Source: Pseudomonadota bacterium (GTDB lineage: Bacteria > Pseudomonadota > Gammaproteobacteria > Thiotrichales > Thiotrichaceae). Taken from it: a stretch of 64,000 nucleotides of DNA. Below are positions 1 to 9,129 of the stretch, piece by piece (the stretch's first letter is position 1; every line of letters starts with the position of its first letter). Below the pieces are notes generated by a model. That model was given only the letters and a program-made list of their open reading frames with translations. It had not been told where the DNA came from and did not search any database. The position numbers were made by a program, and so were the translations under genes. The DNA is taken from positions 14,980-78,979 of the forward strand of contig PDPG01000041.1 in NCBI GenBank assembly GCA_002747455.1, in the 5' to 3' direction.

Positions 1-73
1 TAACGCTTTTCCCTGCCGCACGCCATCCAGAGTAAAACGCAATTGGCAGCAGCAGGAATAATAATTCACTCAT
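1..73 (-). CDS. lapB: LPS assembly protein LapB (YciM), 5' end only, runs off the window
   Basis: Manual translation from ATG at 73 gives MSELLFLLLPIAFYSGWRAAGKSV, matching the LapB N-terminal anchor pattern (MxELLFLLLPxA..GW); lies just downstream of ihfB. Not in the ORF track because it is truncated. Confidence 0.75.
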   Translation of the reverse strand, partial: MSELLFLLLPIAFYSGWRAAGKSV

Positions 74-108
74 GACTCAGGAAATTCTCAGCTCATTGCA
101 AGCTGCCA

Positions 109-417
109 CTACTGTTCCAGAATTGGGAAGTTTTCCTTTGCGGCGTCTACCCGGTCACGCAGTGCTTTACCCGGTTTAAAATGAGGCACATGCTTTGGTG
201 ATAAATCGACCGCTTCACCCGTCTTTGGATTACGACCACGACGAGCGGCACGATAATGTAAAGAAAAGCTACCAAACCCTCTGATTTCAATACGCCCTCC
301 AGACGATAATGTATCACTCATCTGTTCCAGCAGAATTTTCACAGACAGTTCAACATCACGACCACTTAAGTGGCTCTGTTTTCTGGAAAGAATGTCAATG
401 ATTTCGGATTTAGTCAT
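109..417 (-). CDS. ihfB: Integration host factor beta subunit
   Basis: MTKSE.. start, [25 protein letters not shown] signature; follows rpsA as in other Gammaproteobacteria. Confidence 0.97.
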   Translation of the reverse strand: MTKSEIIDILSRKQSHLSGRDVELSVKILLEQMSDTLSSGGRIEIRGFGSFSLHYRAARRGRNPKTGEAVDLSPKHVPHFKPGKALRDRVDAAKENFPILEQ

Positions 418-509
418 GCTCGCTTACCCCTCTGCATTGGTCGGGCAGAGTTTACTACGACTGATCAGTAAATCCTAGAGAGAAATAGAATAACAGCTTG
501 AATTTAAAT

Positions 510-548
510 AAAAAAAGCCAACCGTAAATTAACACAGTCGGCTTTTTT
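510..548 (-). terminator. Rho-independent terminator after rpsA
   Basis: Minus strand GCCGACTGT-gttaattt-ACGGTTGGC stem (with G-U pairs) followed by a T6 tract. Confidence 0.8.
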
Positions 549-611
549 GAACACACCACCCACCCAGTGTAGAGGGCGACTAATGTGCTTGATTACACAA
601 ATAAAGCGTAA

Positions 612-2276
612 TTATTCGCCCATCTGTTCTTTGAAGATGTCACCCAAAGAAGTACCTGCCGGAGCGCGATTACTATACTCTTTCATCACTTCCGCTTCAT
701 CAGCATACTCTTTTGCCTTGATTGACAAGTTCATTGTGCGGCTCTTGCGATCGACCCCCATAAACTTCGCTTCAATCTCTTCGCCTACTTTCAGGACAGT
801 CGTGGCATCTTCCACACGATCACGTGACAATTCAGAAGCACGCAAGCTTCCTTCAATGCCATCACCCAGATCAACCTTAGCCATCTTAGGTGTAACTTCT
901 GTGATTGTACCCTTGACGATGCTGCCCTTAGGGTTAGCCGCGAAGAATGCAGAGAATGGATCCTGATCCATCTGCTTGATACCCAGAGAGATACGCTCAC
1001 GCTCGGGATCAACAGCCAGAACGATTGCTTCCACCTCATCGCCCTTCTTGTAATCACGAACTGCTTCTTCGCCCTGTACATGCCAAGAAATATCAGACAA
1101 GTGTACCAGGCCGTCAATACCGCCTTCTAGGCCGATAAAGATACCAAAGTCGGTGATCGACTTGATATTACCTTTAACCACATCATTCTTATTAAATGAC
1201 TTAGCAAACTCATCCCAAGGATTCGCCTTGCACTGTTTCATACCCAAAGAAATACGACGACGTTCTGCATCAATATCCAGAATCATGACTTCCACTTCAT
1301 CGCCCAACGTCACAACCTTGGATGGGTTAACGTTCTTGTTGGTCCAATCCATTTCAGACACGTGAACCAAGCCCTCAACACCATCTTCGATTTCAACGAA
1401 ACAACCGTAGTCAGTCAGGTTACTTACCTTACCGAACAGACGCGTGTTCACTGGGTAACGACGTACCAGATCTTGCCATGGATCTTCACCCAACTGCTTC
1501 AGACCCAGAGAGACACGGCTCTTTTCTTTATCAAACTTAAGAATCTTCACATCGACTTCATCACCCATCTGGATGATTTCTGAAGGATGCTTAACGCGCT
1601 TCCAAGCCATATCGGTGATGTGCAACAGACCGTCGATACCACCCAAGTCAATGAACGCACCGTAGTCAGTCAGGTTCTTAACTATACCCTTAACCACTTT
1701 ACCTTCTGCCAATGTTTCAAGTAATGCATCACGCTCTGCACTGTACTCTTCTTCAACCACAGCACGACGGGAAACAACCACATTGTTACGACGCTGATCC
1801 AGCTTGATTAGCTTGAATTCTAACTCTTTACCTTCCAGATAAGTTGTGTCACGAACAGGGCGTACGTCAACCAAAGAACCTGGCAGGAATGCACGGATAT
1901 CACCTAACTCAACGGTGAAACCACCTTTGACTTTACCACTGATGATACCGGTAATAATTTCATCATTCTCAAGTGCCTCTTCCAGCACTTCCCACGCACG
2001 CAGACGACGGGCTTTTTCGCGAGACAGCTTAGTTTCACCGAAACCGTCTTCAACACTTTCCAGCGCTACTTCAACAACGTCGCCTTTTTCAACGGTGATC
2101 TCACCGGCTTCGTTCTTGAACTGCTCAGCAGGAATAACGCCCTCAGACTTCAGGCCGGCACTCACTGTCACAAAATCAGGAGTTACTTCGACAACGGTAG
2201 CGTTGACTAAAGAGCCCGGATTCATTTCGATAAACGTTAGACTCTCTTCAAATAACTCTGCAAAACTTTCGCTCAT
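612..2276 (-). CDS. rpsA: 30S ribosomal protein S1
   Basis: [12 protein letters not shown] start, repeated S1 domains ([21 protein letters not shown]; [11 protein letters not shown]); cmk-rpsA-ihfB synteny. Confidence 0.99.
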   Translation of the reverse strand: MSESFAELFEESLTFIEMNPGSLVNATVVEVTPDFVTVSAGLKSEGVIPAEQFKNEAGEITVEKGDVVEVALESVEDGFGETKLSREKARRLRAWEVLEEALENDEIITGIISGKVKGGFTVELGDIRAFLPGSLVDVRPVRDTTYLEGKELEFKLIKLDQRRNNVVVSRRAVVEEEYSAERDALLETLAEGKVVKGIVKNLTDYGAFIDLGGIDGLLHITDMAWKRVKHPSEIIQMGDEVDVKILKFDKEKSRVSLGLKQLGEDPWQDLVRRYPVNTRLFGKVSNLTDYGCFVEIEDGVEGLVHVSEMDWTNKNVNPSKVVTLGDEVEVMILDIDAERRRISLGMKQCKANPWDEFAKSFNKNDVVKGNIKSITDFGIFIGLEGGIDGLVHLSDISWHVQGEEAVRDYKKGDEVEAIVLAVDPERERISLGIKQMDQDPFSAFFAANPKGSIVKGTITEVTPKMAKVDLGDGIEGSLRASELSRDRVEDATTVLKVGEEIEAKFMGVDRKSRTMNLSIKAKEYADEAEVMKEYSNRAPAGTSLGDIFKEQMGE

Positions 2277-2380
2277 GGTATAAAACCTTAAAAATATAGA
2301 TCGACAGCACCCTGCTTATGTCGGGTTAAGTTGACCTTCATTGGCAAACTCGCCTCAGAAAGTAGATTACATAAAGCTAC

Positions 2381-2393
2381 TAACTGACTGATA
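2381..2393 (-). promoter_or_regulatory. Possible IHF site in the cmk-rpsA spacer
   Basis: Minus strand TATCAGTCAGTTA fits WATCAR-N4-TTR and is preceded by an AT-rich stretch. Confidence 0.35.
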
Positions 2394-2435
2394 AATATAT
2401 ACAATCAACAGGGTATTCAGTAGCCTTACCAAAAA

Positions 2436-3122
2436 TTACGCTAAACTAGATTTGCGGGACTCGTATAGCCTTAGCACCTCAGACACCACTTCATCAATGG
2501 ACAAAGCACTGGTATCGACGATGTGCGCATCCTCAGCCGGGCGCAAGGGCGAGTGATCACGGTTCATGTCCCGCGCATCACGTTCTTGAATATCGCTAAC
2601 CAAGCCGGCGAGGTTAGCACTAAGCCCATGATCTTTCAACTGTTTCAAACGTCTTTGTGCGCGTACCTCAGCACTTGCTGTCAAGTAGATTTTTAAACTG
2701 GCATCGGGGAAAATGGCGGTCCCCATATCCCGACCATCGGCGACCAAACCAGGGAGTTCTGCAAACGCTCTTTGACGTTCCAACAAGGCTTCACGAACAG
2801 CACTGACAACGGCAACTTTTGAAGCGGCCTCTCCGGTACGTTCACTACGAATAGCACTGCTCACATCAGCACCTTCCAGAATCACCCTCAGTACACCACC
2901 TTCTTCGGGAAGAAAACTCACTTCTAAATTTCTGGCAATATCGGCTAGTTGATCAACATCATCAAAAGTGCAGCCTTTCTCCATTGCAGCATGAGCAACC
3001 AAACGGTACAGCGCACCACTATCCAGAATGTGCCACGATAACTTTGTTGCAACCCGCTGAGAAACCGTACCCTTGCCCGACCCTGCCGGGCCATCAATAG
3101 TGATTACCGGAGCTTGAACCAT
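2436..3122 (-). CDS. cmk: Cytidylate kinase
   Basis: ITIDGPAGSGKGT P-loop, LDSGALYR, VADGRDMGT, RDARD motifs. Confidence 0.97.
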   Translation of the reverse strand: MVQAPVITIDGPAGSGKGTVSQRVATKLSWHILDSGALYRLVAHAAMEKGCTFDDVDQLADIARNLEVSFLPEEGGVLRVILEGADVSSAIRSERTGEAASKVAVVSAVREALLERQRAFAELPGLVADGRDMGTAIFPDASLKIYLTASAEVRAQRRLKQLKDHGLSANLAGLVSDIQERDARDMNRDHSPLRPAEDAHIVDTSALSIDEVVSEVLRLYESRKSSLA

Positions 3123-3204
3123 AACTGCCGCCTTTATATTGCTGATGTCATTGTGCTGGCATTAGAACTGATTAGCGGCTATGGATCAAGTTGGCCATCG
3201 CTCA

Positions 3205-4482
3205 CTAAGCTGCCTGCTGCATTAGGCGATTGGCTTTTCGCCGCTGAAGCTCACTCCCATCAGCAATCACCTCTCGAAGTACAGACTTTGCCGATTCAAA
3301 ATCCGCAACCTCAAGATACGCCTCTGCCATATCCAGCTTCAGATCCACTTCTAATGTTCCTTCGTCGAACATTTTGAATACATTTTCCTCAGGATGGTGA
3401 GCAAGTTGGGCAAAACTTCGTTCTTCTTCGGCAACCGGTGTTTCCAGTAATAAATCCAAGCCATTTTCCTGATCAGCTGCCTGTGGCTCAGGATCAGGCG
3501 TATTAACTGCGCCGGAGCGCTTTCGGCGCGTTGCCAGCAATGCAACCATGACCAAAGAAAATAGTGCACCTGCTAGTACCATTAACCAAATCGGCAAATT
3601 CAGTTTTCCTCCAAACAAACTCAACTGTGGGCTTTCAGAGGTTTCACCAAAATAGTGAATACCGGGCTGTGACTCCTGCAGCACATGTTGAAGCTGCCGA
3701 TTCTCCTGTGTAAGTCGCGCAATCGTCTGGTCAGCTTGCGCACGGAGGAATATATTGTTTGATAACTCCGTTTGTGCTTTTGATAATTCCTCCTTTAGAG
3801 ATACCGTTTCTTGTTGAACAGCACGTAGTTTTTCCTGAAGTTCAAGCAACTCTGAAGAACTCACCTCGCCATTAACAAGCTTAGATTGATTATCAAGTAG
3901 CTTGGTTAAGCGAATGACTTCTTTATCTAAAATTAGTAATTGCTCATCAGATTTCTGACTATCCAACTCCAGCTGCCTAATTTTCTTCTCCAGCGTTGCC
4001 GTTTCGCGCTTTAATACCTCAACCTGACTAATCAGGCTACTACGTTCCGCTTCAAGAAAAATAATCCGATCCTGCATTTGTTGCGGTGTACGATCAGGCA
4101 AGTTAGCCACAGCCACATCAGTCGAAGCATCTGTTGAATGCTGAGGAGCAGCAACATTTTTTGGTGTTCTAAACCTTGGTTCGTTGACTAACCAATCATT
4201 CCCCGGCAATACCAATAATGCATCCCGCTTCAGGAGGTTCATATCCCCTCTCACGAATGCCGAAGGATTGGCCGCGACAATGGCTTTCATCAGTTGAAGT
4301 GTTGACCGATTCGGCCCAACATAAAAACGGTTTACAATTTTACCCAGTGTGTCTCTGGACTGCACAGGGCCATAGATCACATCAGCCGAGGCAGGTGCTG
4401 CCAAGCCCAACGTCGTTGAAACTACGAGCGCACTGATAAAAACACGTGAATTTAAGTATTTTGGCAGGATAAATACCGACAT
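3205..4482 (-). CDS. Compact FimV/HubP-like polar landmark protein (paralog A)
   Basis: Signal peptide; FimV-core LysM-like segment YGPVQSRDTL..NPSAFVRGDMNLL; coiled coil; single TM; C-terminal LDMAEAYLEVADFESAKSVLREVIADG FimV C-terminal motif. Confidence 0.8.
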   Translation of the reverse strand: MSVFILPKYLNSRVFISALVVSTTLGLAAPASADVIYGPVQSRDTLGKIVNRFYVGPNRSTLQLMKAIVAANPSAFVRGDMNLLKRDALLVLPGNDWLVNEPRFRTPKNVAAPQHSTDASTDVAVANLPDRTPQQMQDRIIFLEAERSSLISQVEVLKRETATLEKKIRQLELDSQKSDEQLLILDKEVIRLTKLLDNQSKLVNGEVSSSELLELQEKLRAVQQETVSLKEELSKAQTELSNNIFLRAQADQTIARLTQENRQLQHVLQESQPGIHYFGETSESPQLSLFGGKLNLPIWLMVLAGALFSLVMVALLATRRKRSGAVNTPDPEPQAADQENGLDLLLETPVAEEERSFAQLAHHPEENVFKMFDEGTLEVDLKLDMAEAYLEVADFESAKSVLREVIADGSELQRRKANRLMQQAA

Positions 4483-4626
4483 AACAATGCTCCAGCTTTG
4501 GTACCGAAGATTCGCCGGATGGCCCCGGTTAGGTCATTCTTATGATTTTTTATTGCGAATCCTGTCGGGAAATCTATCACCCCTGCCATAAAAATCTTGC
4601 AAAACCTGACAGGCGGTAGTTGAACC

Positions 4627-6165
4627 CTAATCAGCTAATCGTTTCAACATCAGTTGTGCCGATGCAGATTGCTGCCGACTGCCTTCTATTTGCACCTCTG
4701 CCAGTAATTCACGCGCTGCCTGCAGGTCTCCCAGCTCATCATAAGCTTCAGCCATCGCCAACTTCAACTCAGCCTCTGTTTGTTGATACTCAGAAACATC
4801 CGACTCAGAGGCCTCAGTAGTATTACCCTCTGCGTGCAGTGGCTGCTCCATAGTGGGATCAAGAATTGCAACTCGCGATGGATCACGCCGTGGTGGAACC
4901 CTTAGTGCATCAACATCTGGCTCAATTTTGTTAGGATCTACAGCACGGAAAACCAGCGTATCTTCAACGGATGGCTTGATCAGCGAATCTTGCTCTGCAG
5001 GCACCAAACCATCAGGGATGACTTTAGACCTTCTACGAGCCAGTAATACCATTAGCGCTGTTAGCGCCAGCCCTCCTAATAACAGACCCCATAATGGGAA
5101 TGTCACCGGCCTGCTCAGGCGCGCTACAGTGTCTTTACTTTTTATATTAGAACTCTGATCACCTACGGCGTGAGAAGGTGTTGCGTCCACAGCAGAACCA
5201 GTCGCAACCTCATTCTCGCTATTGACCACTGGGCGATCATCAATACGTTTTGAAGCTGACAGTTCAAGTGCCAACGCCTCATTTTCTTCCTTTAATTTGG
5301 CAATTTGAGACTCGTAGCGGTCAACCTTTTCGGTTAACGCTTTCACCTTCTTTTCTAGCGCGAGGTACTCAGTCTTTTTTGCTTCAAGTGAATTTTCTAA
5401 CGCCGATACCGCTTCATCTTTTGAAGACTGTAGTGTTGCAATACTCGCCTCTAAGGACTCAATTTGACGATCACGTTCAGCTATTATTGCCGCTTGCTCG
5501 CTTGTCAATGAAGCACTATTGTCCCGATTATCTAACTTGGCTTGCGCCAAACTAGATGCCGCTTTTGCTCTTGCCTCGGACAACTCGGTTCGCACTGCCT
5601 TGAGTGCAACATTAGCAGATTTTATCTCCGCATTCAGCCGTACATTACTTGCTCGCAGCTCTGAGATTTTTTCATTCTGCCTCGCCGTTTCTGCATCCAG
5701 TGAACGAAGCTTTTCATTCGCCCGGTCTCTCTCCGCACGAACAGAGGCCAGTTTTTTCTCAAGTGACTCAACTTTGGCATCACTCTGCCTTGATAGAACA
5801 GTCGCTTGCCGACGATTAACATGCCCTCTTCCTGATACAGTGGGAGTGACAGACCGAGCAATCGTCTCATTGCTTGGCAATGTGAGCATGACATTTTGCT
5901 TAAGCAAGCCCATATCATGATAAATAAACGCCTGAGGATTTCTGCGGAATATCTCCCGCATAATCGTCTGATCAGGAAATGGGCTAGCCATATAGTTCTC
6001 GTTTACAATGCTGCTAAGCGTTTCGCCTGCTCGAACCGGGCCATAACGGGTATCAGCCATCACGACAGATTGCAGCACAACAAAGCTACATAAAGCAGCA
6101 GGCAACAACGATCCTGCCCTATTACAAATAGAGAATAAACGAGAACTAGTCATAAGAAACCTCAA
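4627..6165 (-). CDS. Compact FimV/HubP-like polar landmark protein (paralog B)
   Basis: YGPVRAGETL..NPQAFIYHDMGLL core; long coiled coil; single TM; C-terminal LAMAEAYDELGDLQAARELLAEVQIEGS. Start overlaps the Roadblock stop (ATGA). Confidence 0.8.
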   Translation of the reverse strand: MRFLMTSSRLFSICNRAGSLLPAALCSFVVLQSVVMADTRYGPVRAGETLSSIVNENYMASPFPDQTIMREIFRRNPQAFIYHDMGLLKQNVMLTLPSNETIARSVTPTVSGRGHVNRRQATVLSRQSDAKVESLEKKLASVRAERDRANEKLRSLDAETARQNEKISELRASNVRLNAEIKSANVALKAVRTELSEARAKAASSLAQAKLDNRDNSASLTSEQAAIIAERDRQIESLEASIATLQSSKDEAVSALENSLEAKKTEYLALEKKVKALTEKVDRYESQIAKLKEENEALALELSASKRIDDRPVVNSENEVATGSAVDATPSHAVGDQSSNIKSKDTVARLSRPVTFPLWGLLLGGLALTALMVLLARRRSKVIPDGLVPAEQDSLIKPSVEDTLVFRAVDPNKIEPDVDALRVPPRRDPSRVAILDPTMEQPLHAEGNTTEASESDVSEYQQTEAELKLAMAEAYDELGDLQAARELLAEVQIEGSRQQSASAQLMLKRLAD

Positions 6166-6524
6166 AGAATCTTGGCGATACTCTCCGCGGCACGCTTAAC
6201 ATCAAGAAAGATCAAACCCAAACGTGCATTCGGTTTTGCCAGTACGGTTACAACAGCTTCGTGACCCGCATGCGTCATAAGAATATAACCTTGGTCACCT
6301 TTGACCAAAACTTGCTCCAAAGTACCACGAGCCAATTCCTGAGCCGTTCGATCCCCTAATGACAGCATGGCAGCACTCATTGCCCCCACACGGTCCTCGT
6401 CCATGGCAGCTGGTAATAATGCTGCCATCATCAGACCATCCTTTGATAATACCGCCGACGCCTCAATGTCAGCAGTTGAGCCATTTAAATCACTCAAAAT
6501 TGAATTCAGCATTTCTGCTCGCAT
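6162..6524 (-). CDS. Roadblock/LC7 (MglB-like) protein
   Basis: 120 aa; IEASAVLSKDGL..EDRVGAMSAAML..LEQVLVKGDQGY..LGLIFLD pattern of Roadblock/LC7; SD AGGAG upstream. Confidence 0.9.
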   Translation of the reverse strand: MRAEMLNSILSDLNGSTADIEASAVLSKDGLMMAALLPAAMDEDRVGAMSAAMLSLGDRTAQELARGTLEQVLVKGDQGYILMTHAGHEAVVTVLAKPNARLGLIFLDVKRAAESIAKIL

Positions 6525-6549
6525 GAGTTTTACTCCTGTGAAGTCTATT

Positions 6550-7206
6550 TTAATTCAGTATCATTGCGCCAGGAGCGCCATAACGTCGCTCTAACGCCCA
6601 TACCAGTTGTGTGAAAGCGGGCTGGTTTAATTGTGGCATCCCTCCCACGATTAGCGTGAAACGGTCGCCACCAACATACAGTGGCCAAAATCCGATTTCA
6701 CTATTGCCTGCGGCATCAATCAGGCCCCAGGCCCGTTGTGTATAGCCGAGGTTTCCTTTGAGGACATCTTGGTGTCTTCTATATATTGCTGTCAGGCTGG
6801 CACTCAGTGCGGCTAGTTCTTCTGCGGCCTCGTGAGGAAAGCCAGAGCTTCCCAAATAAAGTCCCTGCCCTTCAGCCAAGACGGCACGTCCGTTGTCAGA
6901 CAAACTTTGCAATAACCCTGGCAGCATCTTTTCCAAACTCCCCGTCGGTGCAAGCTGAGGTTCCTTTTGCCCACAGATAAAACCGGCATCTTGAAGCAAA
7001 TGAACAAACTCCAAGGTCTCTGTTTCATTACTTAAGCCACCAAGTGCTTGGGTGTTTTCAAGATTGAAAGCGGGTGTTTCATCAGCCCTTAGCAGACGGC
7101 GTAAAAACTCACGCCCAAATTGATCCGCATCGGACTGCACCGCATAAAAGCTCCCACCGGGCGTCACGCCCATATATAAATCTTCATTTGAAATAAAATT
7201 ACTCAT
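6550..7206 (-). CDS. Two-domain protein with a divergent C-terminal Roadblock/profilin-like fold
   Basis: C-half AVLAEGQGLYLGSSGF...AEELAALSASL resembles the Roadblock beta-hairpin plus helix; start overlaps the GTPase stop (ATGA). Confidence 0.55.
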   Translation of the reverse strand: MSNFISNEDLYMGVTPGGSFYAVQSDADQFGREFLRRLLRADETPAFNLENTQALGGLSNETETLEFVHLLQDAGFICGQKEPQLAPTGSLEKMLPGLLQSLSDNGRAVLAEGQGLYLGSSGFPHEAAEELAALSASLTAIYRRHQDVLKGNLGYTQRAWGLIDAAGNSEIGFWPLYVGGDRFTLIVGGMPQLNQPAFTQLVWALERRYGAPGAMILN

Positions 7207-7748
7207 AACATTTCCGCTCCGGGTGTCAGAGACATTAACATCGCTTGAATTAATAACGATACATCCTTGCGTTTGCGAGCATCCACTTCAAACACGGGGG
7301 CTCTAATTTTTAGCTGGTCCAACCAATGCCGATAATCATTTACAGTGGGCGTACGATGCGTATCCATACGGGTTACGCCAACAACAAGCTGCTGGGCTGC
7401 GATAAATTCACGAAAAGCCTGAGTATAAAACCTCAAATCCTGCTGAGGGTCTTTACGAGAATTATCAATTAATAACACCAGCCCTATCCCCCCTTTTGTG
7501 AGGATATCCCACATAAAATCGAAGCGCTCCTGACCCGGTGTGCCATAAAGATGAACCCGCTCATTCTCACCTAGCTGAATCATCCCATAATCCATCGCTA
7601 CCGTGGTTTCAGGCTTTTTCAACTTTGCCATATCGGATGCCTGTTCATCTGTTGTGACAATATCAATATCACTAATCACACGAATAGCCGTTGTCTTCCC
7701 CGCGCCGACAGGGCCGGTAAAAATAATTTTTTTGTTATCAGTACTCAT
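7203..7748 (-). CDS. MglA-like small GTPase (ATP_bind_1/CvnD type)
   Basis: 181 aa; G1 GPVGAGKTT, G2 ETTVAMDYG, G3 YGTPGQERF, G4 variant TRMD, G5 DAR. Confidence 0.9.
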   Translation of the reverse strand: MSTDNKKIIFTGPVGAGKTTAIRVISDIDIVTTDEQASDMAKLKKPETTVAMDYGMIQLGENERVHLYGTPGQERFDFMWDILTKGGIGLVLLIDNSRKDPQQDLRFYTQAFREFIAAQQLVVGVTRMDTHRTPTVNDYRHWLDQLKIRAPVFEVDARKRKDVSLLIQAMLMSLTPGAEML

Positions 7749-7758
7749 TATTTCTGCT

Positions 7759-9114
7759 TTAGCCCCCTATCAAACGTTTTAGTAAACGTGAAAATAAGCC
7801 ACGCGGCGCTTCGGTGGCACGTGTGGTAGGCTGTTTTTTAATCAATTTATCAGGATCCTGTTCAATTAATCCAAGGGCACTCGCTGCGTTATAAAAAGAA
7901 AAAACATAACGCTGAGGGATCTTCAATGACTTGGCGACATCAAAAGCACTGAGCGGGCCGGTAGACCACAAGGCGGCAATCGACATAACATGCGGGAAAT
8001 GTTCCAAGCGTGTCAGACTTGGCCAGTGTTTCAAAGCAACCGCTTTTGCCGGATCTAGCTCCCGTGACAATACCCCCTGTGCAGACAACAGACTGCTTGT
8101 CCAAACGAACGACTCAAGATCGTAAAGCGCAGAGGTTTGCTGCACAATCATGTCATTAAGCTCGTGAACTTCCTGTGTGCTTAAAATATGCATTTTCCCG
8201 CCATCCTGCACATTGCAGGCGTTGATAAAGGCTTCAAACTCCGGTGTATTCAGCGGAATTGCACAGAAAACCCGGTGTATTTCAGGCAGCACATAAATAC
8301 GCGCTTGTGGGAAATTAAGTAACACACCCTGCTGACATTGTCTGGCTAATCTCACTGCATCTTTTAAGCTGGACAGGTAAAAACTATCCTCCACCTGCAC
8401 ACTGCTATAGTCCTCTCCAGGATCAATATCAGGCCGCGAGCCGCACAGTTGTGCCCAGCGTGCTTCTTGCTCTTCTGGGGTCAATTCCGGCTCGCTGGGC
8501 GCTTGTGCTGATAAAGCAGTTCCTTCGAAGCCAGACACCATCCCCTCATCAGCCTTCGATAAGTCTTCTGTTGCCATAGCATCTTTTTGGTCAGCAACGA
8601 CATCGCCTACTAAAGGAATGTTGACCGAATGGTCAGCCGCTGGTTTTATTTCAGGGCGCTGTAGCGGCGTGTTTTTTTTGAATGCGGCACGCGCCTGTTT
8701 TTGCTGCTCCAAGTGCTGTCGCTGATCCTCAGAGGCAACTGCGGATGCAGTAATTGACTCAGGCTTATTAGGCAAATTTTCGGAAAGCTTGGATTGTACC
8801 TGTTCGGCGGCATCCAATAACGCCCGACTGGTTAGTGGTTTTGCTAACCAAATTGCATCCTCAAGTTCGACCGGGGCAATCGACAAAATAATGGCCGGTT
8901 TATGCCAGACTTGGAATGCTTCTTCATAATGCTGCCGTGCTGGTGGGTAGTCATAATCAATGATAAGTACATTCGCCTCATCCTGAGTATCGACCACCTT
9001 AAAAATATGCTGACCAAGCTTGGCAAAAAAGAAATCCAGAACTGCCTTATTGTGTGTGCCAACATCCTCAAGACACACACGCAACGTAATATTCTGATTG
9101 GGTTGATCAATCAT
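7759..9114 (-). CDS. Receiver-like N-domain, low-complexity linker, C-terminal WP/winged-helix domain protein
   Basis: N-terminal VLIIDYD...WLAKPL resembles receiver beta3-Asp and KP; Q/P/E-rich linker; C-terminal LKHWPSLTRL followed by an HTH-like segment (AFDVAKSLKIPQRYVFSFYNAASALGLI). Confidence 0.55.
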   Translation of the reverse strand: MIDQPNQNITLRVCLEDVGTHNKAVLDFFFAKLGQHIFKVVDTQDEANVLIIDYDYPPARQHYEEAFQVWHKPAIILSIAPVELEDAIWLAKPLTSRALLDAAEQVQSKLSENLPNKPESITASAVASEDQRQHLEQQKQARAAFKKNTPLQRPEIKPAADHSVNIPLVGDVVADQKDAMATEDLSKADEGMVSGFEGTALSAQAPSEPELTPEEQEARWAQLCGSRPDIDPGEDYSSVQVEDSFYLSSLKDAVRLARQCQQGVLLNFPQARIYVLPEIHRVFCAIPLNTPEFEAFINACNVQDGGKMHILSTQEVHELNDMIVQQTSALYDLESFVWTSSLLSAQGVLSRELDPAKAVALKHWPSLTRLEHFPHVMSIAALWSTGPLSAFDVAKSLKIPQRYVFSFYNAASALGLIEQDPDKLIKKQPTTRATEAPRGLFSRLLKRLIGG

Positions 9115-9129
9115 TGATAATAGTGACCT

